IMG/VR virus record: IMGVR_UViG_2974556029_000001
Span: 16,298-80,297 of that record
Direction: 5' to 3' (one strand)
Origin: a virus
Taxonomy: Duplodnaviria > Caudoviricetes
DNA: 64,000 nt
In this document: in pieces, positions 53,034 through 61,653 of the stretch
Layout of the letters: every line of letters begins with the position of its first letter
Numbering within the stretch: position 1 is the stretch's first letter
Translations under genes and position numbers: made by a program
The notes under the pieces: generated by a model
Databases searched by the model: none
What the model was told of the DNA's origin: nothing
Seen by the model: only the letters and a program-made list of their open reading frames with translations

Positions 53034-54419
53034 CTACAGGCGCAGCGGCATCAGGACGGCGGTGCGGCCGGGATGGTCCGGGAAGTCGACGCGCACCGGC
53101 TCGTTCTCGGCGCCGACGATCATTTCGGCGCGCTTGGCCTTCGTCACGGCGTCCAGGAAGTAGGTGACGTTGATGCCGATATCGACGCCGGTTCCAGCAG
53201 CGCCAGCCGCCGGGATGTAGGCCTCAGCCTCGCCGCCTTCATGGCTCTTCACCTTCACCGACACGCGCTCTTGGCTGAGGCTGAAGTGGCCGGCGCGCGA
53301 CTTCTCCTTGTTGACCGAGGCGACGCGGGTGACGACTTCGGCCGCGGCGGCCGTGTCCTCGAGTCGCACGATGATCCGCTTGTCCCGGTCGCCGGGGATG
53401 ACGCGGCCGTAGTCCGGATAGGAACCGTCGATGACCTTGGTGATCATCATGGTCTGGTCGAACTCGAAGGTGATCCGGATGCCGGCCTTCGGATCGTCAT
53501 AGGCCTCGGAGGGCTTGGAGTAGACCATGCTGACGTTGCCGGTCTTGGGCATGTTGCGCAGGAGCCAGTTCACGCCCTTGCGCGGGATAATCACCCCGTC
53601 CTGGACCATGGCGCGATCGCCGGTGATGGGCGGCGCGAGGGTGCAGTCGCGGAACAGGCGGTGGCCGTCGGTCGAGACCATGGTCAGCTGGATGCCGTCC
53701 GCGCCGGTGGTCAGGTGGATCCAGACGCCGTTGAGGTAGAAGCGCGTCTCCTCCGTCGAGATGCCGTCGACCACGAACTTCAGCTTCTCGCGCAGCTCAT
53801 GCACCGGCATGTTGAAGCTGGCCACCGGCTTCAGCTTCGGCGTGGAGGGATAGTCGCCGGCGTCCAGGACCGTGAGATTGTGCTGCACGCCGCCGAAGCT
53901 CAGGTTGAGGCGGTTGACGCCCAGGTCCAGAGCGATCCCACCCCGCGCGCCCTGGAGCGCGCTCAGCAGCAGCTTGCCGGGGACGCAGACGTCCATCTCC
54001 GGCGCGTCGCAGTCGAACAGGACCTCGACGATCTCCATGTCCAGGTCGGTGCCGGAGATCATCATGCGCCCTTCCGCGACACGGATGCGCACGTATTGGA
54101 GGATCGGGATCGACCTGGTCTCCAGCACGCGGGTCACGCGCTGGACCGCCGCGTACATGTTCTGAGCGTTGAAGATCCCGGCCTGGGCTTCGACCGGCTT
54201 CTCAGCCTTCCGCTTGGCCGGCTTGGGAGCGGCCTCGCTGCTGGTCTTCGGCTTCGGCTTATGGCCGCCGCGCCGCACCACGTCGGCCAGCTGGTCGGCG
54301 GCGGCCTGGTAGGCTTCCGGGGCGCCGGTGGTGACGGCGAACTCGTAGGCGGCCAGAGCACCGGCGGCGGTGATCACGGCGGTCGGCGCAATGCGGGCGT
54401 TGGTAGGGGTCAAGGTCAT
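53034..54419 (-). CDS. dnaN: DNA polymerase III beta sliding clamp with N-terminal extension
   Basis: IPIL..V, SGTDLD, ISTEETRFYLNG, VSTDGHRL, IIPRK, KVIDGSYPDY.RVIP, IG.N..Y.LD, AVLMPLR. Confidence 0.9.
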   Translation of the reverse strand: MTLTPTNARIAPTAVITAAGALAAYEFAVTTGAPEAYQAAADQLADVVRRGGHKPKPKTSSEAAPKPAKRKAEKPVEAQAGIFNAQNMYAAVQRVTRVLETRSIPILQYVRIRVAEGRMMISGTDLDMEIVEVLFDCDAPEMDVCVPGKLLLSALQGARGGIALDLGVNRLNLSFGGVQHNLTVLDAGDYPSTPKLKPVASFNMPVHELREKLKFVVDGISTEETRFYLNGVWIHLTTGADGIQLTMVSTDGHRLFRDCTLAPPITGDRAMVQDGVIIPRKGVNWLLRNMPKTGNVSMVYSKPSEAYDDPKAGIRITFEFDQTMMITKVIDGSYPDYGRVIPGDRDKRIIVRLEDTAAAAEVVTRVASVNKEKSRAGHFSLSQERVSVKVKSHEGGEAEAYIPAAGAAGTGVDIGINVTYFLDAVTKAKRAEMIVGAENEPVRVDFPDHPGRTAVLMPLRL

Positions 54420-54448
54420 GTAGTGCTCCTGTCAGGGAAAAGTGGACG

Positions 54449-54496
54449 TAGCGTCCTGGATGGGGTGCGCCGAAGCACACCCCCGACGGGACGCTA
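54449..54496 (-). promoter_or_regulatory. Structured leader of dnaN
   Basis: TAGCGTCC/GGACGCTA outer stem, internal loop, GGGGTGTGC-TTCG-GCGCACCCC cap. Confidence 0.55.
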
Positions 54497-54505
54497 GGCC
54501 GAGGC

Positions 54506-54649
54506 CTAGTCTTCGTCGCCCTCGCCTTCGCCTTCGCCGCCCTCGCCGCCGGCTTCCGCGCCTTCGGTCTGAGCTTCGGTGCCGTCGACTTGGGCTTGGC
54601 CGCCTTCGAGTTCGGTGTTCTCGCCACCGGCTTGGGTTTGATCGGTCAT
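54506..54649 (-). CDS. 47-aa very acidic Gly/Glu-rich peptide
   Basis: GAAGGAG SD; no Lys or Arg. Confidence 0.55.
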   Translation of the reverse strand: MTDQTQAGGENTELEGGQAQVDGTEAQTEGAEAGGEGGEGEGEGDED

Positions 54650-54718
54650 GGTCTTCTCCTTCAAATCAGGCGTTGGTGCCTGGAGCGGCCGCCGGCGCAC
54701 CAGCGGCCTAACCAGGGA

Positions 54719-54964
54719 TCAGCGCCAGGGGATAGCGTCGGCGCCCTTGGCAAACCCCTGGGCCTCGCGGCTCAGGCGGTCGGCGAGTTGTCGGATGCCG
54801 CTGGGCACGCTGTCCAGGGTCTTGAGCGCGGCCAGGTCCTTGGCCAGGTCGGCGGCGCGGGTGATCAGCTCCGCCGCCGCCTCACGGGCTTCAGCGCGGG
54901 CCTGGGCTTCTCGGCGGGCCGCTATCGCAGCCAGGCCGGTGGAAGCTTCGACGGGTTTCAGCAA
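54719..54964 (-). CDS. Small helical hypothetical protein
   Basis: AGGAG SD. Confidence 0.5.
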   Translation of the reverse strand: MLKPVEASTGLAAIAARREAQARAEAREAAAELITRAADLAKDLAALKTLDSVPSGIRQLADRLSREAQGFAKGADAIPWR

Positions 54965-54974
54965 TGGCGTTCTC

Positions 54975-55193
54975 CTACCAGAACCGGGCGATGACGCCGG
55001 CCTTGATCAGGGCCGCGATCACGGCGATCACGGCGGCGACGATGATGCAGGTCTTGACCAGGGAGGCCAGCAGGCTGGCCACCATGACGGACTCGCCGTC
55101 TTCGCGATAGGCCGGGGCCATGATGACGCCGGTCGCGATGAAGGCGATGAACAAGCAGAAAACGAAGATCGTGAGCAGCATGTCAGGGGTCAC
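54975..55193 (-). CDS. Small two-TM membrane protein
   Basis: Two hydrophobic segments. Confidence 0.55.
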   Translation of the reverse strand: MTPDMLLTIFVFCLFIAFIATGVIMAPAYREDGESVMVASLLASLVKTCIIVAAVIAVIAALIKAGVIARFW

Positions 55194-55792
55194 TTTCTGC
55201 GCCTGTTGGCGCGCTTGAACCGCTTCCGGTTCGGGGTTGTCCAGGGACGCTGGTCGTCCCGGTGGGGAAAGGTCTTGGTCTCCTTTAGTTCGACGGTTTC
55301 TTTCATGCCTAGGGCGGCGGCGATCTGCTCCAGCCTTTCCCGTCCGCCTACCCTGGGCTCTTTCGGGCCCCAGTTCCTGAACTCCTCCGCCGGGTCGTCG
55401 ATCAGGCTGAAAGAGAACTGGTGGCCGTGTAGGTTCTCCCGGCTCTTGCCCACCACCATGACCCTGAGCGGGCCGCCCTTGCGTTCGATCGCGCCGCTAT
55501 GGCCGGCGCAATCGGGAGACTCGAACAGCAGCTGGAGGCCGTCTTTGATATCAGGCCAGCGCTCCTCGAACTCGTCAGGCGACATCTCCAGGGGGATGAA
55601 GACCACGTCATTCACGCGGTCATAGAGCTTCTTGAACCAGCCATCGCCGCTCGGAAATGTCGTCGGCGTCGTGGTCATGATGACCTGAGGCCAATGGCTG
55701 AGCGCCACGTCTGGCCAGCGATCGCGCGTGAACATGTCGCTGTCGGACGCCATGTCCAGGATCTTCTCGAAGTCGTCAGGCTGGTCGCCCAA
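55190..55792 (-). CDS. Hypothetical protein with terminase-ATPase-like motifs
   Basis: PQVIMTTTP...GWFKKLYD and ENLHGHQFSFSLIDD. Confidence 0.4.
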   Translation of the reverse strand: MGDQPDDFEKILDMASDSDMFTRDRWPDVALSHWPQVIMTTTPTTFPSGDGWFKKLYDRVNDVVFIPLEMSPDEFEERWPDIKDGLQLLFESPDCAGHSGAIERKGGPLRVMVVGKSRENLHGHQFSFSLIDDPAEEFRNWGPKEPRVGGRERLEQIAAALGMKETVELKETKTFPHRDDQRPWTTPNRKRFKRANRRRK

Positions 55793-55794
55793 GG

Positions 55795-56658
55795 CTAGTC
55801 CTCCTCGAACATGGCGTCGAATTGGTCGTCCTCGGCGTCCAGGATGGGCGGGAGGGCGCGCACCATAGGCGTTTGCTCGACCACGTACACCGGGCGGAAG
55901 TTCTCCTCCTCGCCGTCCGGCGCCGCGTTGACCATGTGGAGCAGGCCGCGCGCCGTGAAGTCGTTGTCATAGTCGAGCGTCACGATCGTCAGGCCCTTCA
56001 GCTCGGTGCTGGCCTCGACGTCCGTCACGCCGCCGTTCTTGATGTGGATGCGCAGCTCAGCGGCCGTCGGAAGGGTGGCCAGGTCGCGCGAGAGCATGGC
56101 GCGCTTCAGGTCCTGGCGCACCTCGCCGATGAAGGTGCAAAGGTCGGCGAGATCGATAGGCGTGTCCTCGTGGAAGGCCTGGGCCTCGTAGGACAGGAAG
56201 CGCGTCAGGACCTCGCCGATGCGCTCCGCCTCAGGGTCTTCCGCCGCCGCGTCTTCAGCCGGGCACATCTCGCCGCGGAGTCCAGCCAGCGAGATGCGGG
56301 CGCAATCGTTGTAGGCGTCCGCAACCGCTCCCGTCCTGGGAACGGTGTCGACCATCTCGAACAGGGCGCGCTGCATCGACAGGATGGTGCGGGCGTCGGC
56401 CGGCCCGACGTCACTCGCCACGGGAAGCCCGTTGCCGTCGCGCAGCTGGCGCGCGTCTGCGTCGTAGTGCCAGGCGTCGGAGTTCTCCAGCGAGCCGTCA
56501 TATTCGTGGACCTCGCCGCCATATTGCTGGGCCCACTCAGCGGCGCAGGCATGGGCGCCGGGGCCGGCGTCCAGGGGCCAGCGGGCGGAGGGGACACCGT
56601 CCTTGTAGACGATGACGGCGGGCTGGCCGGGGACGGCGTAATGCTTGTTGATCGGCAT
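55795..56658 (-). CDS. Hypothetical multidomain early protein
   Basis: ATG 8 nt after CCCTGACAGGA. Confidence 0.55.
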   Translation of the reverse strand: MPINKHYAVPGQPAVIVYKDGVPSARWPLDAGPGAHACAAEWAQQYGGEVHEYDGSLENSDAWHYDADARQLRDGNGLPVASDVGPADARTILSMQRALFEMVDTVPRTGAVADAYNDCARISLAGLRGEMCPAEDAAAEDPEAERIGEVLTRFLSYEAQAFHEDTPIDLADLCTFIGEVRQDLKRAMLSRDLATLPTAAELRIHIKNGGVTDVEASTELKGLTIVTLDYDNDFTARGLLHMVNAAPDGEEENFRPVYVVEQTPMVRALPPILDAEDDQFDAMFEED

Positions 56659-56684
56659 GGGCGTGTTCCTGTCAGGGAAAGGGG

Positions 56685-57455
56685 TTAGGAGAGCGGGGCG
56701 ACAGCGACGTTGATGTCGCCGAGGTGATAATCGCCCTCTTCCATGTAGTCGCAGACGGCGGCGGCGATAATTTCGGCCATGTCGGCCGCTTCCGGGCCGC
56801 CGTCGCGCGTGCTGCGCAGTTCCGACCACTCGTCGTCGCCAAGTTCCGGAGAGGCGCGCCAGCCGGCCTTCATGAGCTGCCAGCGGCTCGTCTGAAGGGT
56901 GAAGGTCACGGCCACCTCGACCCGGTCGTCGGCGAGCTGCTCAGGGACCGACGCCCTCAGCTCCTTGGGCGGGCCGATCTGCTCGCGCACCCAGCTGTCG
57001 GCCGCGTCGCGCAGGTAGATCGCCAGTTCGACGCGATCGCCAGACCGCACGCGCTTGCCGTAGTCGTTCAGGTAGACCTTAGCGGCCGGCCCGTATTCGA
57101 AGCGCTCCGAGGCATCGGACGCCAGCCGCGTGAGCGACAGGTCAGCAAGGCCCTTGTCCCTGGGCTCAAGGCGCGCATACCCGTTGGGCGCCGGATCGCT
57201 CGGGATGGCGTGGTCCATGGCCAGGGTCAGAACCTCTTCGCGAGGGTCGCCCAGGTAACGCTCGAAAACTTCCCGGGGAACGCTGACCGTGTCCAAGTCA
57301 TCGACCAGGATGCGATATTTGCCCTCGGGATTGGGTTTCGTCTTGCGCGCCTCGTCGCGCGCCGCCTCGCCTTCCTTGCGCGTCAGATGCACGCTTTCCA
57401 GGACGGGGACGACCGGGCGCGCGCCGGTCATGATCAGGAAGCACGGTTTCGTCAT
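56685..57455 (-). CDS. Hypothetical early protein
   Basis: 256 aa, fits the operon. Confidence 0.55.
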   Translation of the reverse strand: MTKPCFLIMTGARPVVPVLESVHLTRKEGEAARDEARKTKPNPEGKYRILVDDLDTVSVPREVFERYLGDPREEVLTLAMDHAIPSDPAPNGYARLEPRDKGLADLSLTRLASDASERFEYGPAAKVYLNDYGKRVRSGDRVELAIYLRDAADSWVREQIGPPKELRASVPEQLADDRVEVAVTFTLQTSRWQLMKAGWRASPELGDDEWSELRSTRDGGPEAADMAEIIAAAVCDYMEEGDYHLGDINVAVAPLS

Positions 57456-57458
57456 GGC

Positions 57459-58115
57459 CTAGGCCTCGTTCTGATAGTGGGGATCTTCGACGTCGCAGTC
57501 GCACCGGCCGCCATCGTGCACGGCGCAGGTCAGGGCGTGGCGCTGGCGCTCGTGGTGGCGCTCAGCCGCCGCCCAAGCCTCGGGCGCGCCGGCATAGGTG
57601 ACGCCGGCAAGGTCGCCGAAGTCCTCGTGATCCATGACCCAGCGATTGACCAGGTCCTCCGCCGGCACGACGGTGTAGCCGTCGGCGCCCAGCGGATGCT
57701 CAGGAGCGAGGAGCGCGCCGAACATCCGGTGATTGTCGCATGACGCCCAGGCCTCGCGCTCGGTGGCGAAACCGTCGGCCATCCAGGCTTCGGCCAGGGT
57801 GCGCCCCGTTGCGCCGCCGCCGGGGATATCGTCGGGGGTGTGCGCCGTGTAGCGCCTGGAGTCCGGGTCGAACTCGACCGAGTAGCCGGCCAGGATCGCC
57901 TTGGAGAACTCGCCCGGCTCGATGCGCCCGGTGTTCGGCTCCAGGAGATCGACGCGCACCGCCACGGCGCCGGCGACGTTCTCCAGGACCGAGAAGACCA
58001 GCGCCTCCGTCCCGTCTCGGGTCTGCGAATGGCGCGCCAGTTCGGCCGCCTCGCGCGGGTCCGACGCATCGACGTCGATTTCCCAGGTCACGCGGTAGGG
58101 CTTAAGGCTGGTCAT
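57459..58115 (-). CDS. Hypothetical early protein
   Basis: Y.V.WEID..A..P.EAA..A N-domain; repeated .EAW motifs. Confidence 0.55.
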   Translation of the reverse strand: MTSLKPYRVTWEIDVDASDPREAAELARHSQTRDGTEALVFSVLENVAGAVAVRVDLLEPNTGRIEPGEFSKAILAGYSVEFDPDSRRYTAHTPDDIPGGGATGRTLAEAWMADGFATEREAWASCDNHRMFGALLAPEHPLGADGYTVVPAEDLVNRWVMDHEDFGDLAGVTYAGAPEAWAAAERHHERQRHALTCAVHDGGRCDCDVEDPHYQNEA

Positions 58116-58402
58116 GCGGCCTTCTCCATGGTCGGTTCGATCGGGGCGGCGGCGAGGTAGCGCCGGAGCTGCTGGAGTTCGTGCGCCGTGCGGCCCTCGA
58201 GTCCGATGCGCCGCGTCGCCAAACGGTCAATGCAGTCGCTGACGTACTCCAGCACGGCGGCCCGGTGGTTCTCAGAGGCGATCACGCCGCCGGTCGAGCT
58301 GAAGGCGTAGAGCCAGCGGCCCGGATCGGTCGCCCGGATGTAGGAGGCCCAGCCCGTGGCGATCTGGACGGCGCGGGCGCGGGTGATGGTGCGTTTGGCC
58401 AT
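58112..58402 (-). CDS. Hypothetical early protein
   Basis: GGAGG SD. Confidence 0.55.
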   Translation of the reverse strand: MAKRTITRARAVQIATGWASYIRATDPGRWLYAFSSTGGVIASENHRAAVLEYVSDCIDRLATRRIGLEGRTAHELQQLRRYLAAAPIEPTMEKAA

Positions 58403-58404
58403 GG

Positions 58405-58683
58405 TCAGGCCTCCCTTGCGTGTCGGGCCTCGAACCCCGCCGCCCAGGCTTCCCAGGCCGGCGAGAACTGCCCATACGGGTTATCGATGACGGCGGGCAG
58501 GTCGGCGCTGTCCGCGCCATCCTCGAAGACCTCCAGCCACCGCGACCACCAGCCCGCGCGCCATGCGGCTTCCGCGTGCTCGGTGTCGCAGGCCAGGGCG
58601 ACAAAGCCAGTCACAGACCGGCAATCGTCGAACGCCTCGCGCCCCCGGTTATAGCCCCGGCCGCTCAGTTCTCGTTCAACCAT
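58405..58683 (-). CDS. Protein with two RMF-like motifs
   Basis: GY..G.EA...AW.AGW and NPY......AW.AGF. Confidence 0.45.
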   Translation of the reverse strand: MVERELSGRGYNRGREAFDDCRSVTGFVALACDTEHAEAAWRAGWWSRWLEVFEDGADSADLPAVIDNPYGQFSPAWEAWAAGFEARHAREA

Positions 58684-58694
58684 CGCCGCGCCCC

Positions 58695-59576
58695 TCAGCC
58701 GATGTTGCCGTTAAGGGTGCGGCCGTCTTCCGTCTTGATCTCGTAGGGCCAACGAAATTCGCTGATCACCTCCAGGACGGCCGATACTTCGCCCTCGCTC
58801 AGAGCGCGCCGCCAACCGAACGAGAAGCGGCCGGTGTGCGGGTAATAGAGGACGTTTTCGGTCTTCATGCCGTGGTCCATGAGCCAGAGCATGCCGTCGC
58901 GCTTCTCGGTCGCCGTGCTGATTGCCTTGTCGAACTCAGCGGCCAGGGCGGCGCGCTCCTTCGCAATCCGCACCTTGTCGCGCTCGGTGTTGCCGTGGAC
59001 CTGGGCTTGCGTGTAGAGCGGGACCAGATAGGCCTTTTCCGCTTCGGTGAGCTTGGCGCGCGGGCCTTGCTCTTCGACGGCCCGCATCCGCGTCAGGTGC
59101 AAGTCATCGATTTTCAGGTATTCCGACCCGATGCAGCGAGGGCAGAACACCGCGCCGCGCTGCGCCTCTTCCTTGTGGCCGCAATAGCCGCAAACGTTCG
59201 TGTTCCGGCGCAGCTCCCGCATTTCCGGGGTCTGTTCCAAGTAGTGGCCGCGCCGGATGTTGCGGGGCGCGCTCAGCTCTGGAGCGTGCGGCGCCGAGTC
59301 TGACTGTAGCGTCCAATCGAACACCCGCCGGCCCTCGGTCGTGTTCCACTGGTTGTCAAACAGGTTCTTGTTCCCCTCGCCGGGGTCGAGCGTCACGGTC
59401 TTGCCGTCCAGATCGCGGAAAGCCGCCCAGTGATTGGCGAGGACCGGCCCCATGCAGGGCGGGCCGCTCTTGCGCTCAGCCTTGAAGGCCTCCCAAGCGG
59501 CGCGGCCGTCCTTGGTCGAGACGTCGAAGCTGTAGGTGTGCAGGACGGTTTGAAGCTTCGGGGCTTGCGTGGTCAT
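58695..59576 (-). CDS. Hypothetical protein with zinc ribbon
   Basis: CGYCG...FC..C. Confidence 0.6.
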   Translation of the reverse strand: MTTQAPKLQTVLHTYSFDVSTKDGRAAWEAFKAERKSGPPCMGPVLANHWAAFRDLDGKTVTLDPGEGNKNLFDNQWNTTEGRRVFDWTLQSDSAPHAPELSAPRNIRRGHYLEQTPEMRELRRNTNVCGYCGHKEEAQRGAVFCPRCIGSEYLKIDDLHLTRMRAVEEQGPRAKLTEAEKAYLVPLYTQAQVHGNTERDKVRIAKERAALAAEFDKAISTATEKRDGMLWLMDHGMKTENVLYYPHTGRFSFGWRRALSEGEVSAVLEVISEFRWPYEIKTEDGRTLNGNIG

Positions 59577-59680
59577 GGGGCGGTGTCCTATGTCAGGGGT
59601 GCGCCGTGGCGCGGACTCTTGTCAGGGGTTCTGGAGGGCCGGGGCTCACTCCCCCGGCCTTCCTCTTATCTGACCCGCGC

Positions 59681-59709
59681 ACATTGCGGGACAGCAGACC
59701 GAAAATCAA
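59681..59709 (-). promoter_or_regulatory. Putative leftward sigma70-like early promoter
   Basis: TTGATT-N17-CAATGT; spacer shares a 13-bp core with the element at 63941. Confidence 0.45.
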
Positions 59710-60329
59710 CCGAAAATGTGTTTCGTGTACTCAGGGTGAGTAATGAGCCGCTGAGCGCGCCTAAGCGCGTCCTTGCCGTAGAAGGTCACAAGGTGCTTAT
59801 CGCCCTCGCGCACGTGCACCGCCATCTTGTCCGGGCCCAGGTTGTCCAGGCTGAAGCGGTTCAGCTCGCGCGCCTTCTCCTGGTCGCTGGCGATCAGGTC
59901 CAGAGCGTCGCCCAGGTCCTTGGCGGCCGTGTTCGAGCCGCCGGGCAGGATCTCGCCGCCGTTGTGCAGCACCTCGAACCGTTCGCCCTCCTTGACCATG
60001 CCGGCGCGCCAGTCGTCGGAGTCGAGTAGGTCCATCACGCTGTAACCGTCGGGCGTCTTGTGGACGAGGCGCGCGCCGCATCCGTTGACGCTGTAGAGGT
60101 CGCGCGCGTCCCAGCTGGGCGCCGACGGATAGACCAGCTTGCCGTCGAGGATCGGCGGGATAAGCGGGCAGATAGACCACCCGTCGGGCGAGTCGCTCAG
60201 GTTCAGCGCGTTGCCCCAATCGGCGGCTTCGATCGAGTCCGGGAAAGGGCCGTGGAAGGCATAGCCCGCGGCCGGGTTGCCCACCGCCACGAAAACGGGT
60301 TGCGCGTTGGGGTCGTAGAGCTGCGACAT
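59706..60329 (-). CDS. Hypothetical early protein
   Basis: ACAGGAGAACCG leader. Confidence 0.55.
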   Translation of the reverse strand: MSQLYDPNAQPVFVAVGNPAAGYAFHGPFPDSIEAADWGNALNLSDSPDGWSICPLIPPILDGKLVYPSAPSWDARDLYSVNGCGARLVHKTPDGYSVMDLLDSDDWRAGMVKEGERFEVLHNGGEILPGGSNTAAKDLGDALDLIASDQEKARELNRFSLDNLGPDKMAVHVREGDKHLVTFYGKDALRRAQRLITHPEYTKHIFG

Positions 60330-60355
60330 GTTCGGTTCTCCTGTTGGACCTGGTG

Positions 60356-61036
60356 CTAGGCCGCGCCGGTCAGGGCCTTGGCCCAGGCTTCGACCTCGTC
60401 GGCGTAGTCGTTGAACGTGTCTCCCGTGGGGGCTTGCGGGCCGCCCTCTTGGTCCTCGTCGTTCAGGTCCTCGCTATAGCGCGTCGTCAGCAGGCCCAGG
60501 GCGCGGCCGAGTTCGCGCGCTATCGCCGCCTCCTTGTCGCTCAGCGGGTAGAGCGGAAAAGGCGGCTCGTCATCGCTGTCGAACACGTTGACCACGCCCG
60601 GCGCCCCGGTGATGGCTACAACCGTAATCCGGATGTCATCCGGCGACCGAATATCGACGGCCGTAACGTGCGCCAGTTGTCCAGCGTCGGCGGACAGCTC
60701 GCGTTCGAGACACGATTCGCCATAGCTCACGCCGCCCACCATAGGCACGCCGACGCGCACCAAGTCGCCCGGCTTCAATCGCATGGCGCGGCTCGACTTG
60801 CTCGTCACGTCCGGGCACTCGCCCGGGACGATTTCGCAGACTAGCCCTTGAGCGGCCAGAGCCTTGACGGCTACCTCCGCCGCCTCGCTCGTCTCGTAGC
60901 CGCACCAATCGACGCCAGACGCCCGCGCCACGCCTTGGCCGGCCTGACAGCCCATGAACTCGCAATAGGGCGAGCCGCTGCGCGTGACGAGATGGAAGCC
61001 GGACGGATGCGGCGCGGGGTTCGTGGTCTTGGTCAT
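60356..61036 (-). CDS. Hypothetical early protein
   Basis: Start re-called at MTKTTN (GGAG SD). Confidence 0.5.
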   Translation of the reverse strand: MTKTTNPAPHPSGFHLVTRSGSPYCEFMGCQAGQGVARASGVDWCGYETSEAAEVAVKALAAQGLVCEIVPGECPDVTSKSSRAMRLKPGDLVRVGVPMVGGVSYGESCLERELSADAGQLAHVTAVDIRSPDDIRITVVAITGAPGVVNVFDSDDEPPFPLYPLSDKEAAIARELGRALGLLTTRYSEDLNDEDQEGGPQAPTGDTFNDYADEVEAWAKALTGAA

Positions 61037-61062
61037 TTCGTGTTGCTCCAGCTGGACGCGGA

Positions 61063-61653
61063 TTAGTGGGTCATGCCGTTGAGGCGTTCGAAGGCGCGGG
61101 CGATCCGATAGGCGGCTTCGACCGCCTCGCGCGCCTCGGGCTTGAGATGGTCGGCGACATAGCGACCGCGCGACTTCTCGCCGAGATGGCGCAGAATGAC
61201 GCTCAGCTCCCCGCCGGCGTATTCGTTCACCTCGCACCTGTAGACCTTGCCGGCGTCCTGCACCGTGCCCAGGGCGCGGAAGAGCACGGAACTGCCATCG
61301 CGGATGCGGGCGCGGATAGTCGGGCGGACCTGGTCCCAGACCACGGGGCGCACCTGGACTAGCTCCCCGCCTGGGAAGTCGATCATGAGAAGCTGAACGC
61401 CTCTCGCCTTGGCCTGCGCCTCCGCCTCATGGGAGCTGTAAACGACGCTCAGGCTCTCGACCTTCCGAACGTCCCCGTTCGGGGTCACGTCGACAAGGTA
61501 AGTCGTCCCGCACCCTTGGCGCGCGAAACGGGGCGTCGTGGCCAGCGAATAGCCGACGCACGTAACCGGGATGCAGCCGGGCGCGGGCTTCGCCGAGTCG
61601 CGCTTCGCGGCGCCTTCGGCCGCCTGATCGGGGGTGCTCGCCTTGTCGTTCAT
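61063..61653 (-). CDS. Hypothetical early protein
   Basis: TAAGGAC SD. Confidence 0.5.
   Translation of the reverse strand: MNDKASTPDQAAEGAAKRDSAKPAPGCIPVTCVGYSLATTPRFARQGCGTTYLVDVTPNGDVRKVESLSVVYSSHEAEAQAKARGVQLLMIDFPGGELVQVRPVVWDQVRPTIRARIRDGSSVLFRALGTVQDAGKVYRCEVNEYAGGELSVILRHLGEKSRGRYVADHLKPEAREAVEAAYRIARAFERLNGMTH

Noticed and set aside
59637-59659. GGCCGGGG/CCCCGGCC hairpin as an intrinsic terminator
   Set aside because: No U-tract on the transcribed (minus) strand; more likely a 5' leader hairpin.
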